Assembly: GCA_041946925.1 (NCBI GenBank)
Contig: JBHGBI010000001.1
Span: 32,884-96,883, forward strand
Direction of reading: 5' to 3'
DNA: 64,000 nucleotides
From: Syntrophales bacterium
GTDB lineage: Bacteria > Desulfobacterota > Syntrophia > Syntrophales > UBA4778
The translations under genes and the position numbers were made by a program. Positions 54,620-63,148 of the stretch are shown here, in pieces (within the stretch, counting starts at the first letter, position 1; the number at the start of each line of letters is the position of its first letter). The notes under the pieces were generated by a model, which saw only the letters and a program-made list of their open reading frames with translations, ran no database searches and was not told where the DNA came from.

Positions 54620-55300
54620 ATGGATGATAATATTCGAATCAGAACTGCGTTATCCGCGTCAGTTGTCACAATGATTTTGTCTGTAGTCATTTTATTCTGG
54701 TTGACAGGGATAGTGAACGCGGATGTCGGCGAATACCGTCACCGCGAGTACGCCCGCTACCGCGAATACATGGATTCGCGATATCACCATAATCATTACT
54801 ACCCGTCACGCGGCGAGTATGTCACTGTATTGCCGGCAGGGTACAGAGTTTATCACCATCGCGGTGCCCGCTATTATTTCCACGGTGGAGTCTGGTATCG
54901 GGCTTATGGGCCTCGGTTCGTCGTAGTGGCTCCGCCCATCGGTCTTTTCATCCCGGTTCTGCCGCCCTATTACGCGACGATCTGGGTGGGCGGAGTTCCT
55001 TACTATTATGCCAACGAGGTATACTATGCGCCGGCCCCGGGCGGGTATGTGGTTGTTGAGCCTCCCAAAGGGGAAGTCGTCGAGGCTCCTCCGGCGGACC
55101 AGTTGTACATCTATCCCCGCCGCGCCCAGAGCGCTGAGCAGCAGGCGAAAGACCGCTATGAGTGTCACCGCTGGGCTGTCAACCAGACCGGCTATGATCC
55201 TACCCAGCCGCCTGCAGGCGTTCCGGCGGGACAGAAAAGGGCTGATTACCAGCGTGCGATGGGAGCGTGTTTGGACGCCAGGGGATACACGGTAAAATAG
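54620..55300 (+). CDS. secreted Tyr/Pro-rich protein (DUF6515-like core) with a C-terminal 2-Cys module
   Basis: Signal-anchor ALSASVVTMILSVVILFWLTGIVNA. The core is YYPSRGEYVTVLPAGYRVYHHRGARYYFHGGVWYRAYGPRFVVVAPPIG. The C-terminal module is QLYIYPRRAQSAEQQAKDRYECHRWAVNQTGYDP...DYQRAMGACLDARGYTVK. Confidence 0.5.
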   Translation: MDDNIRIRTALSASVVTMILSVVILFWLTGIVNADVGEYRHREYARYREYMDSRYHHNHYYPSRGEYVTVLPAGYRVYHHRGARYYFHGGVWYRAYGPRFVVVAPPIGLFIPVLPPYYATIWVGGVPYYYANEVYYAPAPGGYVVVEPPKGEVVEAPPADQLYIYPRRAQSAEQQAKDRYECHRWAVNQTGYDPTQPPAGVPAGQKRADYQRAMGACLDARGYTVK

Positions 55301-55457
55301 TTCAGGCTGCTGACCTGGGCGCATCTCCATTTTCGCGCCACCCTTTAGAATACATTCTGTAAAAAGATTTTTTCTGAGGTAGAATTTTTCTTTCCTTTCC
55401 CGCTGATCTGTAGCAAATTAATCTTACCTTTGAATATCTTCAGTACGGAGGAGGAAT

Positions 55458-56030
55458 ATGAAAAAATCATTCGGTGCCAGGACGCTGGTCTACCCGATCC
55501 CTGTTTGGGTGATCGGGACATACGATAGAGATGGAAAGCCGAATGCGGCGACAATCGCCTGGGGAGGGGTCTGCAGTTCCATACCACCCTGTGTGGCTGT
55601 ATCATTAAGGAAAGCGACGAAGACTCACGGCAGCATACTCGAAAGGAAGGCGTTTACTGTAAACGTTCCTTCTGTAAAGTTCTTCAGGGAGGCAGATTAT
55701 TTCGGGCTTGTATCGGGGAAAAACACGGATAAATTCCATGTTTCAGGTCTCACTCCCGTTAAGGGGGATAAGGTGGATGCCCCTTATATACAGGAATTCC
55801 CTCTTATCCTGGAATGCAGGTTCCTGAGTTCGAGTGAAATCGGAATACACACCCATTTCATCGGCGAGATAATGGATGTCAAGGCAGATGAATCCGTTCT
55901 TGGCGATGACGGGCTGCCTGATATCAAGAAAATCAATCCTGTCGTCTATGGCCCTGAGATACAATCCTATCATGCCCTGGGAGAATATCTCGGCCGGGCT
56001 TTCAATGCGGGGAAAGTAATCAGGAAATGA
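55458..56030 (+). CDS. flavin reductase family protein (FMN-binding split barrel)
   Basis: 190 aa after GGAGGAGG. PIPVWVIGTYDRDGKPNAATIAWGGVCSSIPPCVAVSLRK is typical of the Flavin_Reduct domain. Confidence 0.8.
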   Translation: MKKSFGARTLVYPIPVWVIGTYDRDGKPNAATIAWGGVCSSIPPCVAVSLRKATKTHGSILERKAFTVNVPSVKFFREADYFGLVSGKNTDKFHVSGLTPVKGDKVDAPYIQEFPLILECRFLSSSEIGIHTHFIGEIMDVKADESVLGDDGLPDIKKINPVVYGPEIQSYHALGEYLGRAFNAGKVIRK

Positions 56031-56167
56031 TGGCGCTCTTCCCTTCTGTTTGTACCTGATCTTCTCTCCGCATGCCGGGGGAAAAATGTTTCTATATTTT
56101 TAATAATATGCTATGTTCTTCTCGTCTTTTTTCCTGTGGATATCCATTTTATTGGAATCAAGGAGTG

Positions 56168-56509
56168 ATGGCCATGACAATTGTGATCGACAGCTATTCC
56201 GCGAAGAATGTCAGGACCGGTAAAAACAAATCCTCTCCGGACACCCGGGAATCCGCCGGTGAAAAAGGAGGACTGGAAAATAAATCCCTTCCTCCCCCCG
56301 GACAGTTCTGCGACAGCATAGAATTGAAGTCCTCCAGCCCGGGCGCCGCCCCGGAACCAAAGGGCATTCCGGTTATCGATGATTTCAAGACCGCGGGAAA
56401 GGCTGTCGATTCCACATGCGGGATGATCCGGCAGGAACCGGATAAGGCTCAATCAGCTCAGGCAAATATATCCGCGAGCAATGCATTGAATCTCATAAAA
56501 CAAAAATAA
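56168..56509 (+). CDS. hypothetical protein
   Basis: ORF with AAGGAG just upstream of two closely spaced ATGs (56168 and 56174). The sequence is low-complexity and Ser/Pro/Lys-rich, and I recognise no family. Confidence 0.3.
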   Translation: MAMTIVIDSYSAKNVRTGKNKSSPDTRESAGEKGGLENKSLPPPGQFCDSIELKSSSPGAAPEPKGIPVIDDFKTAGKAVDSTCGMIRQEPDKAQSAQANISASNALNLIKQK

Positions 56510-56652
56510 GAGCCGCGCTGGGCATATTGAAAGCTCTGCGGAGTACTGTCCGTTTCATTCGAGTACATCATGGGTACGATGTCCATGCGAGAGGAGATAT
56601 CCTGTTCAAACACGGTTGGTTCATAGTCTTTTTCTGAATCCCGATGCTTTTT

Positions 56653-57414
56653 CTAGTACGTTAAAGTGATTGCGGCGCCTGCGGAGAGCCTTTCGGAATA
56701 TTGCCCTTCGACATTAAGACGAAAACCCCTGGCTATAGGTATTTCGATACCCGTAAATCCTCCGACATTCGTTTTATTCTTCAGAGTAACGGTTTCTGCG
56801 GTTAATTGAAGGCCCGGCGTATTCGTGGAAGGAGAGACTTTGGCTTCCGCATAGTAGAGATAAGGTCCGATATACAGTTTTATGCCGTATGGAACCAGGG
56901 CTTGAAAACCGATGCCGAAGTTGACATCCCACATATTTTTTACCTTGATCTTGGCTGTATAAGGGACGCCGTTGCGGGTTCCTGCCACGCTATCCGTGAA
57001 GTCGCTGAAGCTGTAAGTTCCCTGCAGGAAAGTCCCGACTCCAAACGTGTCGTTGAAAGGATAAAACCCCTTTACCCCCAGGGTGCCGAAAAATTTCCAG
57101 TTGTCCTCAAAGTCGTTCCTGGAAGCCGTGGTCGAGGGATCCACGGGACTGAAGGCGTCGAGCATTTTCAGATCGGATATGCCTATGCGCCCATATATCT
57201 CCCAATAATTGTGAGCCCCATATCCCGCCTGTGTATAGATCTGGTTCTGTAGTATGACGTGTTCAGTGCCGTTGACGTAGCGGTCCTCATGATACCAGTA
57301 ACCTATGCCGGTATGTATGCCTCCGGCCTCTTTCGAGACAGGCTGCGGCGGACCAAACAACCCGCTGGCGACGGCCGCCCCATGAAAGGCAAGTACGATA
57401 AACGCGGCGCTCAT
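56653..57414 (-). CDS. outer-membrane beta-barrel protein (family not recognised); the true start is probably upstream at a non-ATG codon
   Basis: Hydrophobic N-terminus AAFIVLAFHGAAVASG, an alternating strand pattern, and C-terminal AAITLTY. See the finding on the start codon. Confidence 0.55.
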   Translation of the reverse strand: MSAAFIVLAFHGAAVASGLFGPPQPVSKEAGGIHTGIGYWYHEDRYVNGTEHVILQNQIYTQAGYGAHNYWEIYGRIGISDLKMLDAFSPVDPSTTASRNDFEDNWKFFGTLGVKGFYPFNDTFGVGTFLQGTYSFSDFTDSVAGTRNGVPYTAKIKVKNMWDVNFGIGFQALVPYGIKLYIGPYLYYAEAKVSPSTNTPGLQLTAETVTLKNKTNVGGFTGIEIPIARGFRLNVEGQYSERLSAGAAITLTY

Positions 57415-57535
57415 GAATGCTTTGATAATTTTCGTGGCAATCCCCTCCTTTCTTCAGTTTTGCTGCGGGTGCAGGGATAACGGCTAAAGGAAATAGCAGT
57501 CCTTCGCTTTTAGCAACGCATAGTCTTCACATGGA

Positions 57536-58507
57536 TCATCTCTCAAATGTTACTCCTCCTGGCCTAGAAGGCGCCGGTTTCAAACTCTTTTTTGCTTTGA
57601 TTTTTTGCAAGCGGTATTGCGCGTATGCATTGCGGAGCGCCACATAGGGATCAATGGCCGTCTCCTTGAGGGACTCATAGTCGCCGATCCGCAGGGAAGT
57701 ATAGTTTACATCTTCGTATCCCCTGACTCCCAGCCAGGCATACCAGGGGCGGATATAAGAAACGGGATACAGGAAATATTCGCCTGCGATATCGATGGAA
57801 TCCCTCGCACTGGACGGGCCGATAAACGGCCAGACGATATAAAAACCCTGGCCAACGCCGTAAATCCCCAACGTCTGGCCCATGTCCGCTTCCTGTTTCT
57901 GGAGGTTCAGTTCCTTTCCGGATGAAGGATCCAGGAGCCCCCCGATTCCCCAGACGGTGTTTACTGTAAAACGGCCGAGTTCTGTGGCTGCGCCGCTGAA
58001 GTCTGCCTGAAGCAGGCAGCTGAGAAAACGGATGGGGAATCCGAGATTGGAAAAGAAATTCTGCACGCTTATCCGCGCGCCTTCGGGAACAATTTTATTG
58101 TATCCCTGCGCCACGGGTTTAAGAACCCAGAAGTACAGTTTGTCGTTGAAGTGGAACATGGCCCGGTTGAACGGCTCCAGGGGGTCTGCAATGGATACCT
58201 CTTGCTCGCCCTCCAGTTCCGCGTCGGCGCTTTTGTCCTCGACATCTTTTCTTTCCGATGCCGGAGCGCGGAGTGCGAAGTAAGAGTCGCCGGAACCACT
58301 GTCGAGACCGCTTCTCTCGTTTGGAGACGCCGCCGTGATATTCGGGGATTCAAGACAGACCTCCTCCGCGTGGAAAACAGCAGGGACGGCTGTTTGTGCA
58401 TAGTAGCGCGGGGCCAGCGTCGCCGCGGGAGAGGCGGGATATGGATTATGAGCGCAACCCGGCGGCAGAAGGGCGGACAGCATGGCAAGCAACAGAAAGC
58501 GTTTCAT
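57536..58507 (-). CDS. mlaA: MlaA/VacJ family outer-membrane lipoprotein
   Basis: Lipobox LLPPGC. The MlaA core reads DPLEPFNRAMFHFNDKLYFWVLKPVAQGY...NFFSNLGFPIRFLSCLLQ...NTVWGIGGLLDP. Confidence 0.85.
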   Translation of the reverse strand: MKRFLLLAMLSALLPPGCAHNPYPASPAATLAPRYYAQTAVPAVFHAEEVCLESPNITAASPNERSGLDSGSGDSYFALRAPASERKDVEDKSADAELEGEQEVSIADPLEPFNRAMFHFNDKLYFWVLKPVAQGYNKIVPEGARISVQNFFSNLGFPIRFLSCLLQADFSGAATELGRFTVNTVWGIGGLLDPSSGKELNLQKQEADMGQTLGIYGVGQGFYIVWPFIGPSSARDSIDIAGEYFLYPVSYIRPWYAWLGVRGYEDVNYTSLRIGDYESLKETAIDPYVALRNAYAQYRLQKIKAKKSLKPAPSRPGGVTFER

Positions 58508-58550
58508 GGCGTTTTTACCTTTTTATTCTTCGCTGATCAGGCGGCCGATA

Positions 58551-59129
58551 TTATTTCTGCTTTACCCTCTTCCGAAGGATGTCAAGAAGCTGCGCCGGCG
58601 TGTTTTTTGCCATGATTGAGTTGAACTGGCTGCGGTAGTTCTGAACCAGGCTCACATTCTCAATCACGACGTCGTATACTTTCCATGCGCCGCCCTTCAT
58701 AATGACCCTGTAAAAAATGGGGACCTGCCGCGAGGAAGTGATGACTTTTGTCTGGACCTCGGCCTGGTCCGGAGAGATTATGATTTCCTTTGTGAAATCG
58801 ACTTTCTCATTGGTGTAATCAAGTATTTTGTCGATATAGGCCTTTTCGAGCAGCCGTCTGAAGAGATCCACGAACTCCTGCTGCTGGGCGGGGTTCAGTT
58901 TTTTCCAATTCCGGCCCAATGCCCGCCTTGAAAGCTCCTCCTCGTCGAACATGCTTTTGTAGATAGTCTCGAGTCTCTCCGTCTTCGCCTCTTTACCGAG
59001 CTGTTTGTCGCGCAAAACGGCGAGCACTTTATCGACGTTCACCCGGACCATGTCGAGAGGCGCACCGGCGTATGCCGGAGCTGAATTTAAGGCGAGGATG
59101 ATCACGACACACGCGATCTTCTTTTTCAT
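58551..59129 (-). CDS. mlaC: phospholipid-binding periplasmic protein MlaC (Ttg2D/toluene tolerance family)
   Basis: Signal peptide plus the typical MlaC pattern (MFDEEELSRRALGRNWKKLNPAQQQEFVDLFRRLLEKAY). The start overlaps the mlaD stop. Confidence 0.8.
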   Translation of the reverse strand: MKKKIACVVIILALNSAPAYAGAPLDMVRVNVDKVLAVLRDKQLGKEAKTERLETIYKSMFDEEELSRRALGRNWKKLNPAQQQEFVDLFRRLLEKAYIDKILDYTNEKVDFTKEIIISPDQAEVQTKVITSSRQVPIFYRVIMKGGAWKVYDVVIENVSLVQNYRSQFNSIMAKNTPAQLLDILRKRVKQK

Positions 59130-59608
59130 GGATTATCCCCTGAGTTGCCTGCCTTGTCTTTTTTCACTTCTCCGAACGCGTATTTGCCGATGAGATCAAC
59201 GATGTCCACAGGCCCCTGCGTCTCGGTGATGGTTTCTCCCGGTTTAAGGAGAGCTGCGGCGCCGCCGGGATCGATGCTGATATACCTGTCGCCTATCAAC
59301 CCTTCTGTCTTAATGGAGGCGATGGCGTCGCCGTATATATTGATGCCTTTTCGGATGCTCATCTCCACCACCGCCTGGTCATTTTTCTGGTCCATGGTGA
59401 GTCTTTCCACTCGTCCTATCTCAATGCCGAACATGTTCACGGGGCTTCCGATCCTCAGACCGGATACTGAGGTGAACCGCGCGAAGAGAGGATAAGTGCT
59501 TTCACCCAGAAAGCCGATATGGCCGAGTTTCACGGTCATATAGCCGATGGCGAGAAGTCCGATTACTACGAAAATTCCCACCGTGGTTTCCATGGCGTAC
59601 TTTTTCAT
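59126..59608 (-). CDS. mlaD: MCE-domain protein MlaD
   Basis: Start chosen at MKKYAMETTVGIFVVIGLLAIGYMTVKLG, overlapping the mlaF stop (ATGA). The MCE domain includes VSGLRIGSPVNMFGIEIGRV. Confidence 0.8.
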   Translation of the reverse strand: MKKYAMETTVGIFVVIGLLAIGYMTVKLGHIGFLGESTYPLFARFTSVSGLRIGSPVNMFGIEIGRVERLTMDQKNDQAVVEMSIRKGINIYGDAIASIKTEGLIGDRYISIDPGGAAALLKPGETITETQGPVDIVDLIGKYAFGEVKKDKAGNSGDNP

Positions 59609-60855
59609 GAATCCAATCCTTGCGCATCGCAGAGCAGTCGGGCTATTTCTTTCTGTCGGCTTCTGGCGGACTCGATGACGGAATCCATGCTCGTGATGGG
59701 TTGGCCTTGGGCGAAGCCTGCAGAGATAATGAATTCGATACATTCCGGGAGGGAGGCTTCTCTGCGGCAGGCCAGAATGTCCCGGATTCCCTGCTGCCGG
59801 AAATCCATGGTAAAATCCTTCAGGATAGCCTCTGCCTCGGCCAGATCCGAATATGGCAGCACTGTGGCAAATTCGTTGATGTCGAGGCGTGTGGAAAAGC
59901 CACCAATCGCTCCGAAATGTTTATCGATGTATGTTCCCATACATCGTATCGCCTCCTGCATCGTTTCGTAGCCCAGGCTGTCGATCAAGGCGTCCATGTC
60001 CTTCAGAGAAAATACGATGACGATGTAGGATTCCTGGAGCGCTCTGCGCCGCAACTCGGCGTGGTAGCGGACTTTGAACTGTCGCCTTGAATAAAGACCG
60101 GTTAATTCCTCCTGCAGTCCTTCCAGGCTGTGGATGACCTCGTCCTTGAAAGGGTGGTCGAAATCTTCGAGCTCCTGCGGCGTACCCTGGAATACGATTC
60201 TATGGTCGTAAAGGGCAAGTATGCGGTTTGAGATGAAGTACACGTCCGGTATCGCGTGGCTTACCATGATGGCTGTGAAGCCGAGTTTTTTCTGATACTC
60301 GGCGACCATACTCAGGATCGCATTTTTCCGGACAGGATCCTGGCCAGTGGTGGGCTCGTCAAAGAGAACTATACGGGCGTCCATCACCAGCGCCCGGGCC
60401 AGGGCCACTCTTTTTTGCATGCCCCCCGAGAGTTCCGAAGGGTACTTGTGGACAGCATCAACGAGTTCCGTCTGCTCGATCCTGGCCATGACCCTGCGGT
60501 CTATCTCCGCTTTGCTCAGGTTTGTCGTCTCCCGGAGGGGCAGGGCGATATTATCGTAAACGGTCATGGAGTCGAAGAGGGCGTTGTCCTGAAACATGTA
60601 ACTCATCTGGGAAAGACAGGCTGCTTTCTCAGCTCTGCTCATTTCCGCGTAGGCCTTGCCCCTGAAGAATATATCACCCTTGTCGGGCCTGATGAGGCCG
60701 ATAATATGCTTGAGAAGCACGCTCTTGCCTGCGCCGCTGAGGCCGATGATAGTTGTAACCTCTCTCTCGTAGATCTGCAGGTTAACGCGGTCAAGGACGG
60801 TCAGAGGGCCGAAGCGTTTAGTGACGTCCTTGAACTCGATCAACGGGATATCCAT
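59605..60855 (-). CDS. mlaF: MlaF-type ABC transporter ATP-binding protein fused to a C-terminal degenerate GGDEF-like domain
   Basis: Residues 1-~240 carry Walker A GLSGAGKS, signature LSGGMQKRV, Walker B IVLFDEPTTGQD and H-loop MVSHA. Residues ~245-416 read EELTGLYSRRQF...VFSLKDMDALIDSLGYETMQEAI...STRLDINEFATVL...IISAGFAQ, which is colinear with a GGDEF domain but has LDINEF in place of GG(D/E)EF. Confidence 0.8.
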   Translation of the reverse strand: MDIPLIEFKDVTKRFGPLTVLDRVNLQIYEREVTTIIGLSGAGKSVLLKHIIGLIRPDKGDIFFRGKAYAEMSRAEKAACLSQMSYMFQDNALFDSMTVYDNIALPLRETTNLSKAEIDRRVMARIEQTELVDAVHKYPSELSGGMQKRVALARALVMDARIVLFDEPTTGQDPVRKNAILSMVAEYQKKLGFTAIMVSHAIPDVYFISNRILALYDHRIVFQGTPQELEDFDHPFKDEVIHSLEGLQEELTGLYSRRQFKVRYHAELRRRALQESYIVIVFSLKDMDALIDSLGYETMQEAIRCMGTYIDKHFGAIGGFSTRLDINEFATVLPYSDLAEAEAILKDFTMDFRQQGIRDILACRREASLPECIEFIISAGFAQGQPITSMDSVIESARSRQKEIARLLCDAQGLDS

Positions 60856-60864
60856 GAGACCTCT

Positions 60865-61713
60865 TCAAATCAGGAGAGAAGTCACCACATAATCAGCCAC
60901 CAGGATGAGCACACAGGACAGTACGACGGCGGAAGTCGTCGAGAGGCCTACGGCCTTAGCTCCGTGACTGTCCGTGCGCATATGCGCGAAATATCCCTCG
61001 AAACTGCAGACAGTCGCGACAATGACGGCAAACACCAGGGCCTTGATAAGACCGTCGGTGATGTCTTTAATTTCCACGCTGGCTTGGACACGGTAGAAAT
61101 ATGTGCCTGCATTCACGCCCAGCAGCACCACCCCGGAAATGTATCCGCCGAAAATCCCGATCAGGTCGAAAAGAGCAGTGAGCAGTGGGAAGCTGATAAT
61201 GGATGCGGCGATTCTCGGGCTGATCAGATACCGGAGCGGATTAATGCGCATTGTGTCCAGGGCGTCTATCTGCTCGGAGATGCGCTGAATACCGATTTCC
61301 GCCGTAATGGCCGAGCCGGCCCTTGCCGTGATCATGATGGCCGTCAGGACCGGTCCCAGTTCCCGAATAAGAGAGAGCGCGACCAGGGTTCCGAGTGCGC
61401 CCTGAGCCCCGAATTTGACCAGGGCATAGTAAGACTGCAGACCCAGGACCATGCCGGTGAACAGGCTGACCAGCATGATGATTGATGAAGACCGTGCGCC
61501 GATATAATAGAGCTGCTGGACGATCTTGGAAAACTGCCTGGGCCGGAAAATCATCAGGAAAGCCAGAATGAGGAAAATCGTCGACGCACCCGAATTGTTT
61601 ACCCAGCTGATGGCTTTTCTGCCGACAAAGGCAAACAGCCGGGAGGGCAAGAGGACGGGATAATGCCTTTCAAGGTCCTCCGGGCGGCTCCGGCTGTCTG
61701 TAGTTGGGGCCAT
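60865..61713 (-). CDS. mlaE: MlaE-type ABC transporter permease
   Basis: Start chosen at MAPTTDS. Multi-TM protein with an MlaE-family pattern (GAQGALGTLVALSLIRELGPVLTAIMITARAGSAITAEIG..RISEQIDAL). Confidence 0.8.
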   Translation of the reverse strand: MAPTTDSRSRPEDLERHYPVLLPSRLFAFVGRKAISWVNNSGASTIFLILAFLMIFRPRQFSKIVQQLYYIGARSSSIIMLVSLFTGMVLGLQSYYALVKFGAQGALGTLVALSLIRELGPVLTAIMITARAGSAITAEIGIQRISEQIDALDTMRINPLRYLISPRIAASIISFPLLTALFDLIGIFGGYISGVVLLGVNAGTYFYRVQASVEIKDITDGLIKALVFAVIVATVCSFEGYFAHMRTDSHGAKAVGLSTTSAVVLSCVLILVADYVVTSLLI

Positions 61714-61963
61714 GAACAGGATTCCCCCTTCGGGCTCGTCACGGGCCGATGCCGGCCTTTGTAGAAAGAGATAACAGTTTCTTTTACAAATAATCGTCTC
61801 CTCAGGCAATCGGGATTACACTGATTCATATGGCGCCTTTTCCCTACCGGTATCATCCAATTCCTTAGCAGTCAGTGCAGGCCGAGCCAGAAAATTTGCC
61901 GGCAGATTACAAGTATGCTAAAAAATAAATTGCTTGCCGGATTCTTTTTTTCCGAGACATAAA

Positions 61964-63103
61964 ATGGATACATCGTACAGGGAAAAGCAAGCGGGTGCCG
62001 GCGGATTCACAGTGGCCATCCTTGCCCCCGACAGGAAGGGGATGCTGAGAGTATTCGGAATCCCTGCCGTCCGCCGTTTGGTTCTCATCTGCCGCCAGCT
62101 TGGCTTCGAAAAAATTCACATCATCGGCGAGGCGGATGCATTTCGTCCGATTTTGTCCGATATCGTTTCTCCGGAGGGATTTCATTCTGCGGACGGCCCC
62201 GGTTTGATGAAAGAGATATTGGAGGTGATCGGCTTTCCCGATCAGAAGATATTGCTGCTGAAGGCGAATTGTGTCGTTGATCGAAGTATCCTGGCCAGAT
62301 TTGTAAAAATGAGGGGCGGCAACGGCCGTCTTCTTATCGAAGCGCGCAATCACGAAAGTGGACTTCCCTGTGTCCTTGACACGGAAGGGAAAGACGAGAA
62401 GAGGGCGGAAGACATGCTGATGAGGGCGATGGCCGCTCAAACGGAAAAAGACGACGGCTTTCTCGCCCGTCATATAAGCCGGCCGGCCTCCCGCTTTGTC
62501 AGCCGGAAGCTGGCCCTTACTCCGGTGACTCCCAATCAGATAACCCTTGTGGGGGGGGCGATAGGCCTGATCGGAGCTCTTCTCTTTTCCTGCACCGGCT
62601 ATCTGCCCCGGCTCATCGGCTCCCTGCTTTTCCTTTTCTGTGTCATCATGGACGGCGTGGATGGGGAGATTGCCCGCCTCAAGCTTCAAGAAACATCGTA
62701 CGGACGGCATCTTGATATCATAACTGATAATATCGTCCATGTGGCTGTCTTCTTCGGGATTGCCCTGGGTCTGTATCGCGGCTACGGAAATCCTGTATAT
62801 CTTCTTTTATTATGGCTCCTGCTGGGCGGATTCGCGCTGTGCGGTATCGCCGTCCATCAATGTATTTCGAAGCGGGGGCCGGATGAACTCCACCGATCCG
62901 CAAAGGCGATCCGGATCATGGCCCTGCTGAGCAATCGCGATTTTGCCTATGTCTTGGTCGTATTCGCGGTGATCGGCCGGCTCCAATGGTTTTTTGCAGG
63001 AGCTGCGGTGGGGACTTATCTGTTTGCAACGGCTTTGTGGGCCGTGAATTATATGGAAGGGGCGGCTGCCCGGCGGTCATCCGGGGACCATCCGGGTTCC
63101 TGA
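61964..63103 (+). CDS. CDP-alcohol phosphatidyltransferase family protein with an N-terminal nucleotidyltransferase-like domain (paralog of 38312..39607)
   Basis: Start set at the ATG (MDTSYRE...); the ORF track begins at TTG 61934. Signature DGVDGEIARLKLQETSYGRHLDIITDNIVH. The N-terminal VAILAPDRKGMLRVFGIPAVRRLV region again lacks the G-x-G-T-R loop. By eye it is roughly half identical to the other copy over the membrane domain. Confidence 0.7.
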   Translation: MDTSYREKQAGAGGFTVAILAPDRKGMLRVFGIPAVRRLVLICRQLGFEKIHIIGEADAFRPILSDIVSPEGFHSADGPGLMKEILEVIGFPDQKILLLKANCVVDRSILARFVKMRGGNGRLLIEARNHESGLPCVLDTEGKDEKRAEDMLMRAMAAQTEKDDGFLARHISRPASRFVSRKLALTPVTPNQITLVGGAIGLIGALLFSCTGYLPRLIGSLLFLFCVIMDGVDGEIARLKLQETSYGRHLDIITDNIVHVAVFFGIALGLYRGYGNPVYLLLLWLLLGGFALCGIAVHQCISKRGPDELHRSAKAIRIMALLSNRDFAYVLVVFAVIGRLQWFFAGAAVGTYLFATALWAVNYMEGAAARRSSGDHPGS

Positions 63104-63148
63104 GCCCGGAATTCGGAATCCGGAAGCCGAGGGGGCGCGAGATCGTTT

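Noticed and set aside
56168-56509. Considered anti-sigma-28 FlgM for the Ser/Pro-rich small protein, because DSIELKSS resembles the FlgM N-terminal region
   Set aside because: The C-terminal half lacks the conserved FlgM sigma-binding helices, and no flagellar genes are nearby. It is left as hypothetical.
60256-61485. 409-aa plus-strand ORF
   Set aside because: It is antisense to mlaF and mlaE, which are confidently identified. Its composition is Asp/His/Gly/Arg-biased, and it has no start context.
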